From positions 91,283 through 155,282 of the IMG/VR virus record IMGVR_UViG_3300037294_000405: a DNA stretch of 64,000 nucleotides; one strand, 5' to 3'. The stretch comes from a virus. Each line of letters opens with the position of its first letter. The first letter of the stretch is position 1. Below, piece after piece: positions 50,643 to 60,146 of this stretch. Below the pieces are notes generated by a model. That model worked only from the letters and a program-made list of their open reading frames with translations. It was not told the DNA's origin and made no database searches. The position numbers and the translations under genes are program-made.

Positions 50643-51116
50643 ATGAACAAAAAATATGATAGAACAAATTTCTTAGCGTATATTCACAACCCTATGAGTA
50701 AAGAGAGTGTGTCGGTATTGCTTGCGGCAAATAATATAAAGTTTGAAAAAAGTGAACTTTATAGTGATTTTGTGCAATCACTTCTGATGCGTATCTTTGA
50801 CACATATTTAGGTGATGAAGTTATGGATTACGATTCACAACTCAAACATTTTAAATGGTGTTGGGAAAAAACCGTTGATGATTTTGCTAAAGAAAGTATC
50901 AATATAAAAAACCCCAAGTTGTATAACTACTTTTTAGAGTTTACGATTGAGGTTTTTTATTCATATAAAGAAAAAAAACCATTCGAATACGCTGATAAGG
51001 TAATACTTAGGATATGGTCAGACATATTCAATTTTACTAAAACAAAAACGAACTCAGACATCGATACCCTTATCGAAATTTACACAATTTTTGAAAAATC
51101 CTTGAAAATAATATAA
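50643..51116 (+). CDS. Hypothetical protein
   Basis: 157 aa ORF. Confidence 0.65.
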   Translation: MNKKYDRTNFLAYIHNPMSKESVSVLLAANNIKFEKSELYSDFVQSLLMRIFDTYLGDEVMDYDSQLKHFKWCWEKTVDDFAKESINIKNPKLYNYFLEFTIEVFYSYKEKKPFEYADKVILRIWSDIFNFTKTKTNSDIDTLIEIYTIFEKSLKII

Positions 51117-51167
51117 ATTTTTAGGTTTAACTATTTATTTTCGGAAATAATTGTGTAATATTGACTT

Positions 51168-51392
51168 ATGAACACACAAAGACTTTTTAACGTAGTACTT
51201 TTAGAATGGTCAACCGAGAAATTAAAAATCGAGGATGATTTAGAAAGAGTAATAGCTTCTGATGACAACATTGAAAGCAAATCATCTAAAATTAGAGGAT
51301 TAGTTGCTAGATTAGCAGCAGTAGAAACTAATATTGAAAAATTCAATACAATGGTTTCGGCAAATAATAACGGACAAGAAAAAAAAGATTAA
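51168..51392 (+). CDS. Hypothetical protein
   Basis: 74 aa ORF. Confidence 0.6.
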   Translation: MNTQRLFNVVLLEWSTEKLKIEDDLERVIASDDNIESKSSKIRGLVARLAAVETNIEKFNTMVSANNNGQEKKD

Positions 51393-51569
51393 ATGGAAAA
51401 TTTTAACGAATTAAAAACACTTATCTCTTCGATGGAAGAAGATGTGACAAAATTTTACGAAAAAGGCAATAAAGCTGCTGGAGTAAGAGTTAGAAAAATG
51501 TTACAAGAGGTTAGAACTTTAGCTCAAACTATGAGATTAGAGGTTTCTAGTAAAAATAAAGAAGCTTAA
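51393..51569 (+). CDS. Histone H1-like protein, Hc1 family (58 aa; absent from ORF track)
   Basis: MENFNELK...EDVTKFYEKGNKAAGVRVRK.LQEVR.LAQ.MR matches the Bacteroidota Hc1 signature KGNKAAG.R.RK. Confidence 0.85.
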   Translation: MENFNELKTLISSMEEDVTKFYEKGNKAAGVRVRKMLQEVRTLAQTMRLEVSSKNKEA

Positions 51570-51580
51570 CTATTAAAAAT

Positions 51581-51793
51581 ATGCTAACACTTATAATTAA
51601 TAAAATTTTAATAATGTTTTTGTTTATGGCGTGTCTTAATGCTATTAGACATTTATATTTTTTTATTCAATCATTATTCCCATCGGTAGAGGAAGAACCA
51701 ACTAAATATAGGTTACCAAAAACATCGTTGGTTTTATTGGGTGTGTCTATTGCGTATATTTTAACAGTAGCTTTCACTGGTATTAAATTATAA
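51581..51793 (+). CDS. Small two-TM membrane protein
   Basis: 70 aa with two hydrophobic segments. Confidence 0.6.
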   Translation: MLTLIINKILIMFLFMACLNAIRHLYFFIQSLFPSVEEEPTKYRLPKTSLVLLGVSIAYILTVAFTGIKL

Positions 51794-51796
51794 AGA

Positions 51797-52546
51797 ATGT
51801 CAAATATACAAAAAACATTAGACTTACTTCAACCATATGTAATTGGTATACGATATGTAGAGGGTACACCAGTAGTTGATGTTGTATTTAAAGAAGGTTG
51901 GTCGGTCCCACCCGATAACAACATAAAACTAGTCAAAGGCGATGAATCAATGAACTACTATATGTTATTCAGTGATTCAACAAATATTGGTTTAGATGAT
52001 TTATTAGCTTATGTTGATAAAGTGATTAAATTAAATTTAGAACGAGAAAAAAAACATGAGCTTTTACGTGTAAAAGTAAATGAATTAAAAGAGGTCTTTA
52101 AAAAGAACACTTTAGCAAAGTTAACTAGACTTAAATTTACTTTTTCTGAAGAAGAGTTGATTGGCGACTTAAATGACTTCGATATAGATATAGATATAGA
52201 CATAGACTCACAACAATCACTAGAAACTTTTGAGGAAGAGGTAATAGAAGAAACGATAGAAACAAAAACTAACCCAGCTCAATACTTAGATGAAGAAGGC
52301 AACCCTATTGAACTTACTGAGGACGAACGTGAAATTTTAGAAGAAGAAGCCAGAGCTGAACGAAATATTAGGGTGATTCGAAATAAACAAAAATCAACCG
52401 TTCAAACAAAAGTACAGAATAAAATTGAGTTACCACCTAAAAGGAAAACAGAGATGGTGTTAAATGAATCTTATGATAATGACACCGATTGTGAATGCGG
52501 ACCAGATGAAGCATGTAATAAATGCATGGATTCAAAAGGATTTTAA
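51797..52546 (+). CDS. Hypothetical protein with C-terminal CxC...CxxC
   Basis: 249 aa ORF. Confidence 0.65.
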   Translation: MSNIQKTLDLLQPYVIGIRYVEGTPVVDVVFKEGWSVPPDNNIKLVKGDESMNYYMLFSDSTNIGLDDLLAYVDKVIKLNLEREKKHELLRVKVNELKEVFKKNTLAKLTRLKFTFSEEELIGDLNDFDIDIDIDIDSQQSLETFEEEVIEETIETKTNPAQYLDEEGNPIELTEDEREILEEEARAERNIRVIRNKQKSTVQTKVQNKIELPPKRKTEMVLNESYDNDTDCECGPDEACNKCMDSKGF

Positions 52547-52548
52547 AT

Positions 52549-52578
52549 AAAAAAAAGCCCCTATATGGGGGCTTTTTT
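52549..52578. terminator. Bidirectional terminator
   Basis: A8-gcccc-tatatg-ggggc-T6. Confidence 0.8.
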
Positions 52579-52597
52579 ATTTTTGTGGGTGTTTGTA

Positions 52598-52939
52598 TTA
52601 CTTTTCAGTAAAAGCTCGTTCAAACGCTTCTTGTACTGTGTGAATTAACCACACACCACCAGAAGCTAATAACCCATTTAAGAAAACTATCAAGTAAATA
52701 TTTTCAACTCCGATTGAACCAATTGGTGTTAAGTTTGAATACCCGAAATAGGACATAATTGCCGATATGGCAAACCCTATCCAAGTGCCTAAGCACATAA
52801 AACATGTAAATAATTTATGGAAACTGTAACCTCCAGTTCCAAATTTGGTTAGAAATTTTCTCCAACCTTCAAAGATGGACCCGTAAATCAAATTATTACA
52901 GGCACCATAGCAAATTAAGATAAAAATAAGTGTTGTCAT
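52598..52939 (-). CDS. Membrane protein, DUF1360-like
   Basis: LFTCFMCLGTW motif flanked by TM helices. Confidence 0.65.
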   Translation of the reverse strand: MTTLIFILICYGACNNLIYGSIFEGWRKFLTKFGTGGYSFHKLFTCFMCLGTWIGFAISAIMSYFGYSNLTPIGSIGVENIYLIVFLNGLLASGGVWLIHTVQEAFERAFTEK

Positions 52940-53004
52940 ATGTTTTTATATCAAAGATAGTACTATTTATACTAATAGTCAATATTTATAATAAAATATA
53001 ATTA

Positions 53005-53196
53005 ATGAAAGGATTTATAAGGGAAAGGTTGGTTTATTTATTATCCGAAAGTAAATCCAAAGAATACCAATATCAATTACGAGATATTGGTGGTTCTGAT
53101 GTTTACTATAAAAGAAAAAAAGGTGATAAACTTTGGTCGTTCACTAATGAAGTAGATTTCTTTAAAAATTCTAACGAGAAAAATATTATTAAATAA
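53005..53196 (+). CDS. Small protein with MKxFI...LLSE leader
   Basis: 63 aa; late motif at 52982. Confidence 0.6.
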   Translation: MKGFIRERLVYLLSESKSKEYQYQLRDIGGSDVYYKRKKGDKLWSFTNEVDFFKNSNEKNIIK

Positions 53197-53261
53197 ATCT
53201 ATACCAATAAAACTCTTTACATGTTGGTTAAAAACAACTATATTAAAAAAAAAGTTATATT

Positions 53262-53480
53262 ATGAATGACAAAATGATAGGTAGAGAAACTAGTCAAGCA
53301 GAAAAAGGTATGCTTGTTGAAAAATACAAAACAGCGCTTAAAAAAAATCAATTCATTAATGAATTAAAAACTGGCTTGGGTCAAGAAATTAAAAAAAATC
53401 CAAGTAAAGTAAAAATAATAAAAAAAACTTTTGGTGAGCGTTTCATGTTAAGTTTAAGAAAAATATTTACTAAATTCTAA
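53262..53480 (+). CDS. Hypothetical basic protein
   Basis: 72 aa ORF. Confidence 0.6.
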   Translation: MNDKMIGRETSQAEKGMLVEKYKTALKKNQFINELKTGLGQEIKKNPSKVKIIKKTFGERFMLSLRKIFTKF

Positions 53481-53707
53481 TGAAATACAACGATTTAATA
53501 ACAACAGTTATGTCAATAGTAAACGATGAAACTATACACAAAAATGGGTTAACTTTAACCTATGAATTGTCCGAAAATGACCATATTAACTTAAACGAAG
53601 AAATTTTTCATATGTTCAACCCAATGAGCGTAGATTTTATACCTAACGATGAATTTGAAATAGCTATTGGCGGTATCATAGTTAAATTAATCAAAAATAT
53701 TGTATAA
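53480..53707 (+). CDS. Hypothetical protein
   Basis: 75 aa coupled ORF. Confidence 0.6.
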   Translation: MKYNDLITTVMSIVNDETIHKNGLTLTYELSENDHINLNEEIFHMFNPMSVDFIPNDEFEIAIGGIIVKLIKNIV

Positions 53708-53779
53708 TTAAAAAAATATTAGTACCTTTGTGTTTTGAATTTAATTTATTTGAATAGTTCTTTATAAAAAAAAACAAAA

Positions 53780-54469
53780 ATGGCTAAAGAAAAGAAGATA
53801 CTTGAAGATTATGGTGATTTTGACTTAGTTGTTGGTATAGACGAAGTAGGTCGTGGTTGTGGTGCTGGTCCAGTTGTGACCGCAGCAGTAATACTACCCA
53901 AAGGTTTTTCATCACCGTTGATTAGAGATTCAAAGAAACTATCCGATAAACAACGTAACGAAGCTTACCAACTAATACTAGATAACGCAATTGCTATTTC
54001 TTGTAACGCTGGCTCAGTGAATGAAATTAATGAACTTGGTATAAATCCAGCTACCTTCAAAACTATGGTTAAAAATATAGATGAAATATCCGAAAGTTTA
54101 GCAAAAAGTTATTATACCAATGAAACTGTTTGGGACCAAGAAAAACAACTTAGAATGTATAAAGACCCAAATAGAGAACCTTTTAAAATAGGTGCTATTT
54201 TAGTTGACGGTACTGAATGGATTAAAGATTCAGATATTAAAGTAATATTAGTACCCAAAGGTGATGACACCTACACATGTATTGCAGCCGCAGCCATAGT
54301 GGCCAAAGTAAGACGTGATGAATACATGAGTAAGTTAAGTGAAAAATACCCACAATATAATTGGGTTGGTAATAAAGGGTATTTAACTCCAGACCATATC
54401 TCTGCACTTAAAGAATTTGGTCCGAATAGATACCACAGAACAAAATATATTAGAAATTTTGTGAAATAA
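53780..54469 (+). CDS. rnhB: Ribonuclease HII
   Basis: GIDEVGRG..AGPV, DSKKL, VDG, KGD...IAAAAIVAKV.RD, NKGY, HR. Confidence 0.93.
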   Translation: MAKEKKILEDYGDFDLVVGIDEVGRGCGAGPVVTAAVILPKGFSSPLIRDSKKLSDKQRNEAYQLILDNAIAISCNAGSVNEINELGINPATFKTMVKNIDEISESLAKSYYTNETVWDQEKQLRMYKDPNREPFKIGAILVDGTEWIKDSDIKVILVPKGDDTYTCIAAAAIVAKVRRDEYMSKLSEKYPQYNWVGNKGYLTPDHISALKEFGPNRYHRTKYIRNFVK

Positions 54470-54554
54470 TTTGGTGGTTACAAAAATTTTATTTACCTTT
54501 GTAATCTAAATTCATAAAAATGGAGAATAAAAAAACAAAGATTTCACGGTTATT

Positions 54555-55043
54555 ATGATTATATCTATCATATTAGCTTTTATATTTACATCGTGTAGTA
54601 AAGAAGAAATAACACCTGGGAGTTACAGTGCTGGTATACCACCACCTACCGTTACACCAAACTGGCAAAACCAGTATAGTAATGGAGGTACTTTACCTAA
54701 TTGGGGTAATGTGCCAAGTAATAATGAGTTGGTTGGTACTACATGGGTGTTAACAAAAGTAGTCACTGCTTTTTCTACATCATACCCTAACGATACTATT
54801 CGTTTCGTTTCAAATAATAATTATACACTAAATAGCGGTGCCGTCAGACCTTATCAAATAACAGCTGGTGTTGCTTCAACAAACAAAACCCTTTCTTTGT
54901 ATCATTTCCAACCTTTCGGTGGTAGTCATTACAGTGGACAAGTAGGTTATTATTTTGTATCAGATAACATGATATCTCAAGCTGAGTTTCATAACATTCA
55001 AAACTCAACAAACACAGTAATAGCTTGGTTTACAAGAATTTAA
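54555..55043 (+). CDS. Lipoprotein (true start probably 54520 via an A-run frameshift)
   Basis: Lipobox FTSC followed by SKEE; LVGTTW lipocalin-like strand. Confidence 0.7.
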   Translation: MIISIILAFIFTSCSKEEITPGSYSAGIPPPTVTPNWQNQYSNGGTLPNWGNVPSNNELVGTTWVLTKVVTAFSTSYPNDTIRFVSNNNYTLNSGAVRPYQITAGVASTNKTLSLYHFQPFGGSHYSGQVGYYFVSDNMISQAEFHNIQNSTNTVIAWFTRI

Positions 55044-55072
55044 AGATATTTTAAAAAAAAGTTAAAAAAAAC

Positions 55073-55103
55073 TTGCAAAAAGAGAATTAAGTTCGTACCT
55101 TTG
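55073..55103 (+). promoter_or_regulatory. Host-type promoter driving the DUF2828 operon
   Basis: TTGCA-N18-TACCTTTG. Confidence 0.85.
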
Positions 55104-55140
55104 TACCACTTAATTAAATAACAAACTAAAATTATTAATC

Positions 55141-55626
55141 ATGAGTACATTATTAAATGCTATGCAAACAAAAAATTCGTTAACTGAAAACGGGATGTCT
55201 ACTAATTCTTCTTCGCTGAACCACTGTGTTGATTTATTCTTCCAAATTGGAGCTATGAGAGGTCAAGATAAACAACGTTTAATAAATGTGTTTACCAAAG
55301 CGTTTAGTGAAGATACATTGACTGCAATGCGTCTTTTATTCTGGGCACGTGACGTAAGAGGTGGTGCTGGAGAACGTAAAGTTTTCAGAGACATCATCGA
55401 ATACTTAGCTGAAAACAGAACGGAAACGTTACGTAAAAACTTGAACTTGATTAATGAGTTTGGTCGTTGGGATGACTTATTAGTACTAGTAGGTACACCT
55501 TTGGAGTCTGATGCTTTAGCGTTAATTGCTACGGCTTTAAACGCTAAAAATAAAGCGCATGAAATATTAAATAATCTTGATTCATTAAGTGAAGAAGAAT
55601 GCGGTGAAATATTAATAAATTTTTAA
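55141..55626 (+). CDS. DUF2828 (TROVE/Ro60-like) protein, N-terminal part
   Basis: TENG, DLFF, FWARDVRGGAGER..FR, EFGRWDDL. Confidence 0.88.
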   Translation: MSTLLNAMQTKNSLTENGMSTNSSSLNHCVDLFFQIGAMRGQDKQRLINVFTKAFSEDTLTAMRLLFWARDVRGGAGERKVFRDIIEYLAENRTETLRKNLNLINEFGRWDDLLVLVGTPLESDALALIATALNAKNKAHEILNNLDSLSEEECGEILINF

Positions 55627-55632
55627 ATAAAA

Positions 55633-56742
55633 ATGAAAAATATCATGACAAATAGAGAAAAACTTAGAAATTTATGTAATCAAAAGATAATGACAGGGAA
55701 ACTTACTGCTAAATGGATGCCACGTCCAAATGTGGATAACCGTGAAAAGAAAAGATGGGCAACCGCTTTGAGAAAATATTTAGGGTTAACACCAAAAGAG
55801 TACCGTAAATTGTTAGCTGAAAACTCTAACACCGTTGAGCAATTGATGTGTGCTAAAGAGTGGTCTAAAATCGAGTATTCTAAATTGCCTTCAAAAGCGA
55901 TGAGTGATTTGATGAAAGCGTTCTCAAAAAATGACTTGGAACGTTTCCAAACTTACTTAACTTCGGTTGAAAAAGGGGAAGCGAAAATTAACGCTGGTGC
56001 TGTGTACCCATACGACATCGTAAAAAACCTTAAACAAGGTAACGCCAAAGGTGCTAATGTACAATGGGATGCTTTACCTAACTTTATGGAGGGTAGTGCA
56101 GAAAGAGTACTTCCAGTTGTTGACGTTTCTGGGTCAATGGGAACTGCTGCGGGTGGAAACGCTAATGTAACTTGTATGGATGTTGCAATCTCTTTGGGGT
56201 TATATATTTCTGAAAGAAACGTTGGTCCATTCCAAGATGCTTTCGTAACGTTTTCTGAATATCCAACTCTTCAAATTCTTAAGGGTTCGTTGAACGAGAG
56301 ATACAATCAATTAGCGAGAGCTGATTGGGCAATGTCTACAAACTTAGAAGCGGTATTCAAGCTTGTGTTATCAAAAGCAAAAGCTTCGAATGTTTCTGAG
56401 GACGAGATGCCGACTATGATTCTTATCTTGTCAGATATGGAGTTCAATTCGGCAACCATGACCAATTACAGTAGCCAAGGTTCTTGGAACCCAACCGCTC
56501 AAAAGATGATTAGTACAATGTATGAAGATGCTGGGTACAAAATGCCTAACATCGTATATTGGAATATCCAATCTAGAGGTGATAACAACAAACCAGTTCA
56601 CTTCGATACGAATGGCACTGCTTTGGTATCTGGTTTTAGCCCAGCTTTACTTACTAACTTGTTAGGTGGTAAAGACATGACACCAATCTCAATGATGATG
56701 TCAGTTATTGACTCTGAACGTTACTCTGTAGTAACGGTTTAA
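55633..56742 (+). CDS. DUF2828 protein, C-terminal part with vWA domain
   Basis: AKWMPR, YRK, VEQLMC, MIDAS-like DVSGSM, TFS, ILSDMEF, YWN, VSGFS. Confidence 0.9.
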   Translation: MKNIMTNREKLRNLCNQKIMTGKLTAKWMPRPNVDNREKKRWATALRKYLGLTPKEYRKLLAENSNTVEQLMCAKEWSKIEYSKLPSKAMSDLMKAFSKNDLERFQTYLTSVEKGEAKINAGAVYPYDIVKNLKQGNAKGANVQWDALPNFMEGSAERVLPVVDVSGSMGTAAGGNANVTCMDVAISLGLYISERNVGPFQDAFVTFSEYPTLQILKGSLNERYNQLARADWAMSTNLEAVFKLVLSKAKASNVSEDEMPTMILILSDMEFNSATMTNYSSQGSWNPTAQKMISTMYEDAGYKMPNIVYWNIQSRGDNNKPVHFDTNGTALVSGFSPALLTNLLGGKDMTPISMMMSVIDSERYSVVTV

Positions 56743-56779
56743 TAAGGGTGGGGTAGGAAACTGCCCCGCAACTTATCTA

Positions 56780-56937
56780 ATACTAACTCAGCTAAAAGAT
56801 GTATGCAGCAAGCAAACAACAAAATTCAATTAGCTACATAGACAACCTAGGTGTACACGACCTATAACATTTTTTTTAATGTGTAAACCTTCTAACAGGG
56901 TTTGAAGTAAACACCCCCGCATCTTGTGAATTAGTAT
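56780..56937 (+). ncRNA. Candidate structured ncRNA with paired ends (copy 1)
   Basis: 5' atactaactca/aagatgt pairs with 3' gcatctt-g-tgaattagtat; ATGCAGCAA follows the stem; terminator immediately downstream. Confidence 0.6.
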
Positions 56938-56962
56938 AAAAAACCTCTTTATGGGGTTTTTT
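56938..56962 (+). terminator. Intrinsic terminator closing the DUF2828-ncRNA unit
   Basis: aaaaaacctc-tttat-gggg followed by T7. Confidence 0.7.
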
Positions 56963-57019
56963 ATATTTATAGACTTTACATGTTTAAAATTTTTGGTTAC
57001 TTTTGTTGAAATTAAAACA

Positions 57020-57259
57020 ATGGAAAAAATTATAATAAAAGAAATTGACCGATTTTATAGTCGAAAAAGGGGAAAAAATTACATTAGTGAGTATTTAATA
57101 TATCTAACTGTTGACGGAATTAATATCCAATGCTTTAACGAAATTGGTTATGAAGCAAAAAAAGAAAGGGTTAATATGCTTCTTTTAGAGATGGCTAAAC
57201 CATTGAATAAATCAGTCTTAAAAGAAATGATTGAAGAAATAACGACATATAATAAATAA
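57020..57259 (+). CDS. Hypothetical protein
   Basis: ATG at 57020 follows a TACTTTTG promoter; the track's start lies inside the terminator. Confidence 0.6.
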   Translation: MEKIIIKEIDRFYSRKRGKNYISEYLIYLTVDGINIQCFNEIGYEAKKERVNMLLLEMAKPLNKSVLKEMIEEITTYNK

Positions 57260-57264
57260 AACAA

Positions 57265-57618
57265 ATGAAAGAAGGTTATCCGCTAATCATAGTATTCTAC
57301 TTGGATGCAGACATGATGAAAATGCCAGAAATTATTCAGCCATTCGCTGAATCGGTAAACAATTTGTTAGCCCATAAAAACGCTAACGCTTTAGCATTCT
57401 TCTTACCAACCAAAGGTGAGGAAAGAATTGAGTGCATTAATCCACTTGTTGTAGCGGAAGCTGACATGGAAAAAATCAATAAGATGGTTGAAGAAATAAA
57501 AGAAAGTTTTGCTGTAGGGTTAGATATCGATGTCGCAGATGAAGATATTGAGATAGGTGAAGAAGTAAAACCATGTGATTGTGGTAATAACCCAGATGGT
57601 AAATGTAAATGCGATTAA
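57265..57618 (+). CDS. Hypothetical protein with C-terminal CxC...CxC
   Basis: 117 aa ORF. Confidence 0.65.
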   Translation: MKEGYPLIIVFYLDADMMKMPEIIQPFAESVNNLLAHKNANALAFFLPTKGEERIECINPLVVAEADMEKINKMVEEIKESFAVGLDIDVADEDIEIGEEVKPCDCGNNPDGKCKCD

Positions 57619-57992
57619 TGAAAACAAAAATTGCGTTAACGTGGGATTATTTAGGTTGGAAAGAATCTTGGCCCACAATAGATTCATATACCGCACAATT
57701 TGATTGGAACTCTAATTTATTGACTATGGTCAATATGTTAAGAAACAAAATAGCGATGGTTTTTAAAGAAACAGTTATTGAGTTTGATACTATAACAACT
57801 CACCCGATTGTTCACGATTTAATACTTAAACATATGTTATTTTATAGAACAGAAGGTGAAAATAAATATCTATCACGTTACAAAATAGCATTCGATGAAA
57901 ACCTAAACAATAATGAAATTATTTTATCCAGTGAAAATAAAACTGGGTTTGATGGTTCAATAAAAATACAAAACTTTTTAAATAATGGATAA
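57618..57992 (+). CDS. Hypothetical protein
   Basis: TAATG-coupled ORF. Confidence 0.6.
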   Translation: MKTKIALTWDYLGWKESWPTIDSYTAQFDWNSNLLTMVNMLRNKIAMVFKETVIEFDTITTHPIVHDLILKHMLFYRTEGENKYLSRYKIAFDENLNNNEIILSSENKTGFDGSIKIQNFLNNG

Positions 57993-58173
57993 TAACCAAA
58001 AAGCAGCTATCTATGACGAATGTGTTAGAGAAAGCGATAGATTACAAAGAGAAAATTCTAAAATCAAATCAGAATATGTCACTAATATTCCTCAGAACCT
58101 TCAAGAGGTGATTAATCGAAACGATGCTAGAATTGCTGTTTTGGTTGGAAAACTAGAAGGACTTTTCAAATAA
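57985..58173 (+). CDS. Hypothetical protein
   Basis: 62 aa coupled ORF. Confidence 0.6.
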   Translation: MDNNQKAAIYDECVRESDRLQRENSKIKSEYVTNIPQNLQEVINRNDARIAVLVGKLEGLFK

Positions 58174-58188
58174 AATTAAGGACCAGTA

Positions 58189-58848
58189 CTACGGACGTGT
58201 ACTGGTCCTCCTTATTTTAATGTAAGGCCAACCAGTTTTTTCATGTATCATATCATATATTCTGCTTATGGTTGCCGCTGATGCTGTACCCATAAACATA
58301 AGACTTTTAATTTTTTGTTTCTTAGCAATCTTAGCCAAGGTATGGTGTAATCTTTGTGCGTCTACTAAGTTTTTACATAAAACCATATCAAATTGGTCTT
58401 CATTATAAATTATTAATTTGTTATAAACCACAATAATTTGTTTTACAGCTTTTTTTGCGTGAGCATTTACCATAAGCCTTTTAACTATTTCAGTGATGTT
58501 TGGTCTTTTAGTGTTATTTGGTTCATACCCGTAAATATAAAATGTTTCTTCTAATTGATAACTGTCCGAATCTATTATCGTCCAATCACCTATTGGTTTT
58601 TCTGTGTATAATTTACCATAATCATCTCTAAGTAATCTAAACGTGTCACCTTCCTCTGTTGTTTTTGTTACACAAATTTGGTACTTAACTGGTTTTATAC
58701 CTAAACTATTTATAAATTTTTTAGGGTACAAGACATTATTCTCTTCTTTAAGCTTGTGGTAGTTAAGAAAAGCTGTTTGTGGTGTTTTAGAGACATGTAA
58801 AGTCTTTTTAAAAACACCATTAGATAATAAAATCACTCGATATTCCAT
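58189..58848 (-). CDS. Hypothetical basic protein
   Basis: 219 aa minus-strand ORF with no competing ORF. Confidence 0.7.
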   Translation of the reverse strand: MEYRVILLSNGVFKKTLHVSKTPQTAFLNYHKLKEENNVLYPKKFINSLGIKPVKYQICVTKTTEEGDTFRLLRDDYGKLYTEKPIGDWTIIDSDSYQLEETFYIYGYEPNNTKRPNITEIVKRLMVNAHAKKAVKQIIVVYNKLIIYNEDQFDMVLCKNLVDAQRLHHTLAKIAKKQKIKSLMFMGTASAATISRIYDMIHEKTGWPYIKIRRTSTRP

Positions 58849-58907
58849 TAAAAATTTGTTTTATTAAATAAATTTACGTACTTTTGTATAAAAAATAAAG
58901 ACTTACT

Positions 58908-59951
58908 ATGAGCAAAAGAGATTATTACGAAGTTTTAGTGTTAAAAAAAGGTGCACAACCAGATGAAATTAAGAAAGCTTACCGAAAATTAGCTAAAGAG
59001 TTTCACCCAGATAAAAACCAAGGTGATAAAGAGGCTGAAAACAAGTTCAAAGAAATATTAGAAGCTTATGAACACCTATCAGATACTGACAAGAGAGCAA
59101 AATACGATAGGTTCGGTCACAATCAAGGTGGTGGTTTTGGTGATAGAAATATGGAAGATATGTTTGAACAATTCGGTCATGTGTTCGGAGGACAATCAAA
59201 CAAACCAAGAGTTAGGGTAGGTGATAATATGAGCTTACTTTTAAAATTAACACTAGAGGAAATTTTTACTGGTGTTAAAAAAACATACAAATATTCTAGA
59301 AATGTTGGATGTACTGATTGTGGAGGTCATGGTGGTACCGATATACATGATTGTTCAGATTGTAATGGTTCTGGTATGAGAACACAAGTATACCAAACAC
59401 CTATGGGTTACGTTCAACAACAATCTGCTTGTACATCATGTGGTGCCACTGGTAAAAAATATACGACTATTTGTACATCATGTGGTGGTAAAGGATTAAA
59501 AAATGTTGAAGAAACTGTTGATGTTGAAGTACCAGCTGGTGTTCAAGAAGGTATGACTTTTGTCATGGATAAAAAAGGTCATGGTGTTAAATCTGGTATT
59601 GAAGGTGACTTACATATCAAAATAATGGAGCAAAAACATAAAACATATGTTAGAAGTGGTGCCGATTTAAAGCTTAACTTAAAACTACAATACCCACAAT
59701 TAGTATTAGGTGATAAAGTTGAAATAGAAACTATCGATGGTGATAAGATTAGAATTAGCATACCAGAATACAGTGATGTTGGTAATAATTTAAGAATCCC
59801 ATACAAAGGGGTTACTATTTATGGAAAAGAAGGTCGTGGAGACGTTATAATTACTTTAGTTGTAGATATGCCAAAAGAATTAAGTGATGATGTTAAAGAG
59901 GCTGTAATTAACTTAAAAGATAAGATAAATGACTATAAGCTTGAATCATGA
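58908..59951 (+). CDS. dnaJ: Chaperone DnaJ (class A)
   Basis: J domain with HPD, G/F region, four CxxCxGxG-type motifs, C-terminal domain. Confidence 0.95.
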   Translation: MSKRDYYEVLVLKKGAQPDEIKKAYRKLAKEFHPDKNQGDKEAENKFKEILEAYEHLSDTDKRAKYDRFGHNQGGGFGDRNMEDMFEQFGHVFGGQSNKPRVRVGDNMSLLLKLTLEEIFTGVKKTYKYSRNVGCTDCGGHGGTDIHDCSDCNGSGMRTQVYQTPMGYVQQQSACTSCGATGKKYTTICTSCGGKGLKNVEETVDVEVPAGVQEGMTFVMDKKGHGVKSGIEGDLHIKIMEQKHKTYVRSGADLKLNLKLQYPQLVLGDKVEIETIDGDKIRISIPEYSDVGNNLRIPYKGVTIYGKEGRGDVIITLVVDMPKELSDDVKEAVINLKDKINDYKLES

Positions 59952-60075
59952 TTTACATGTCTTACTAACTAAACACGTAAATGAGTTGGTTAAGTGTTTA
60001 ATAGTCAAATCACTAAAACCAACAATAGAAGAAACACTTGAAAATAATAAAGATTTTATAGATTTTTTTATTTAA
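59929..60075 (+). CDS. Possible 48-aa ORF (absent from track)
   Basis: [13 protein letters not shown]...DFFI* fills the gap after dnaJ. Confidence 0.35.
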   Translation: MTISLNHDLHVLLTKHVNELVKCLIVKSLKPTIEETLENNKDFIDFFI

Positions 60076-60146
60076 AGGTTGCAAATAGAGAAATAAAATA
60101 GTACCTTTGTATAAATCATAACAAATATAAATAAAGAAAAAAAAAA

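Noticed and set aside
56780-56937. Canonical Y RNA/YrlA call
   Set aside because: It lacks the GGUCCGA/UUGACC Ro-binding helix and a tRNA-like domain, so it is reported only as an analogous candidate family.
56951-57019. Extended N-termini in the track (also 24877, 27098, 30196, 32397, 48820, 62179)
   Set aside because: These starts overlap terminators, promoters, upstream genes or the tmRNA; downstream ATGs with A-rich leaders fit better.
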